Assembly: GCA_964016885.1 (NCBI GenBank)
Contig: OZ024758.1
Location: 23,250,001 to 23,314,000, forward strand
Length of the DNA: 64,000 nt
Direction of reading: 5' to 3'
DNA from: Eledone cirrhosa
Taxonomy: Eukaryota
Shown here one piece after another: positions 63,827-64,000 of the stretch (the stretch's first letter is position 1; every line of letters starts with the position of its first letter). The translations under genes were made by a program, and so were the position numbers. The notes under the pieces are model-generated. The model saw only the letters and a program-made list of their open reading frames with translations, did not search any database and was not told where the DNA came from.

Positions 63827-63885
63827 ATTTTATCTGATGAAAGCGTACCAAAATTTTGGTACCTTTGAAATATATATAATAAAGT
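63827..63885 (+). ncRNA. Minimal type-I hammerhead ribozyme, same family as 54371
   Basis: attttat-CTGATGA-aag c gtaccaaa at tttggtac ctt t-GAAA-tatata-TA-ataaagt. Confidence 0.72.
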
Positions 63886-64000
63886 AAATATGGTTTTATA
63901 AATATAGTTTCCATTTATTAATATCATTGATATTATACTCCAGAAAATCTGTAGAGTGCTTCGAATCTGTTATAAATAAATTTGTTGAATAACCAACAAA

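Overview
AT-rich, repeat-dense animal genomic DNA. It is probably an octopod cephalopod, inferred only from the SINE, RTE and MITE families. Two host genes lie divergently. (1) A complete 10-exon ECI2/PECI gene (ACBP plus enoyl-CoA isomerase; 392 aa assembled by hand from GT-AG exons) on the minus strand, 33517->1985, with a mitochondrial-type N-terminus and a C-terminal SKM. (2) The large first coding exon of EEPD1 on the plus strand, 61615-62600. The rest is mobile DNA: tRNA-derived SINEs, CR1, RTE and Tx1/L1-like LINE pieces, TTAA (piggyBac-like) and hAT-like MITEs, a Helitron-like element, many minisatellites, and a Penelope-like element (PLE; RT C-terminus plus GIY-YIG) with ~850-bp inverted arms. 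The most striking unannotated signal is a set of short fold-back (palindromic) elements, often next to (TA)n. At least seven apparently distinct sequence families carry minimal type-I hammerhead ribozyme (HHR) motifs, most of them within fold-backs, with canonical (CUGAUGA) and variant (UUGAnAA, CCGAAGA, CAGAnGA) cores. Nearly all short ORFs in the ORF track are microsatellite or repeat artefacts. All calls come from visual reading; no searches or folding programs were run.
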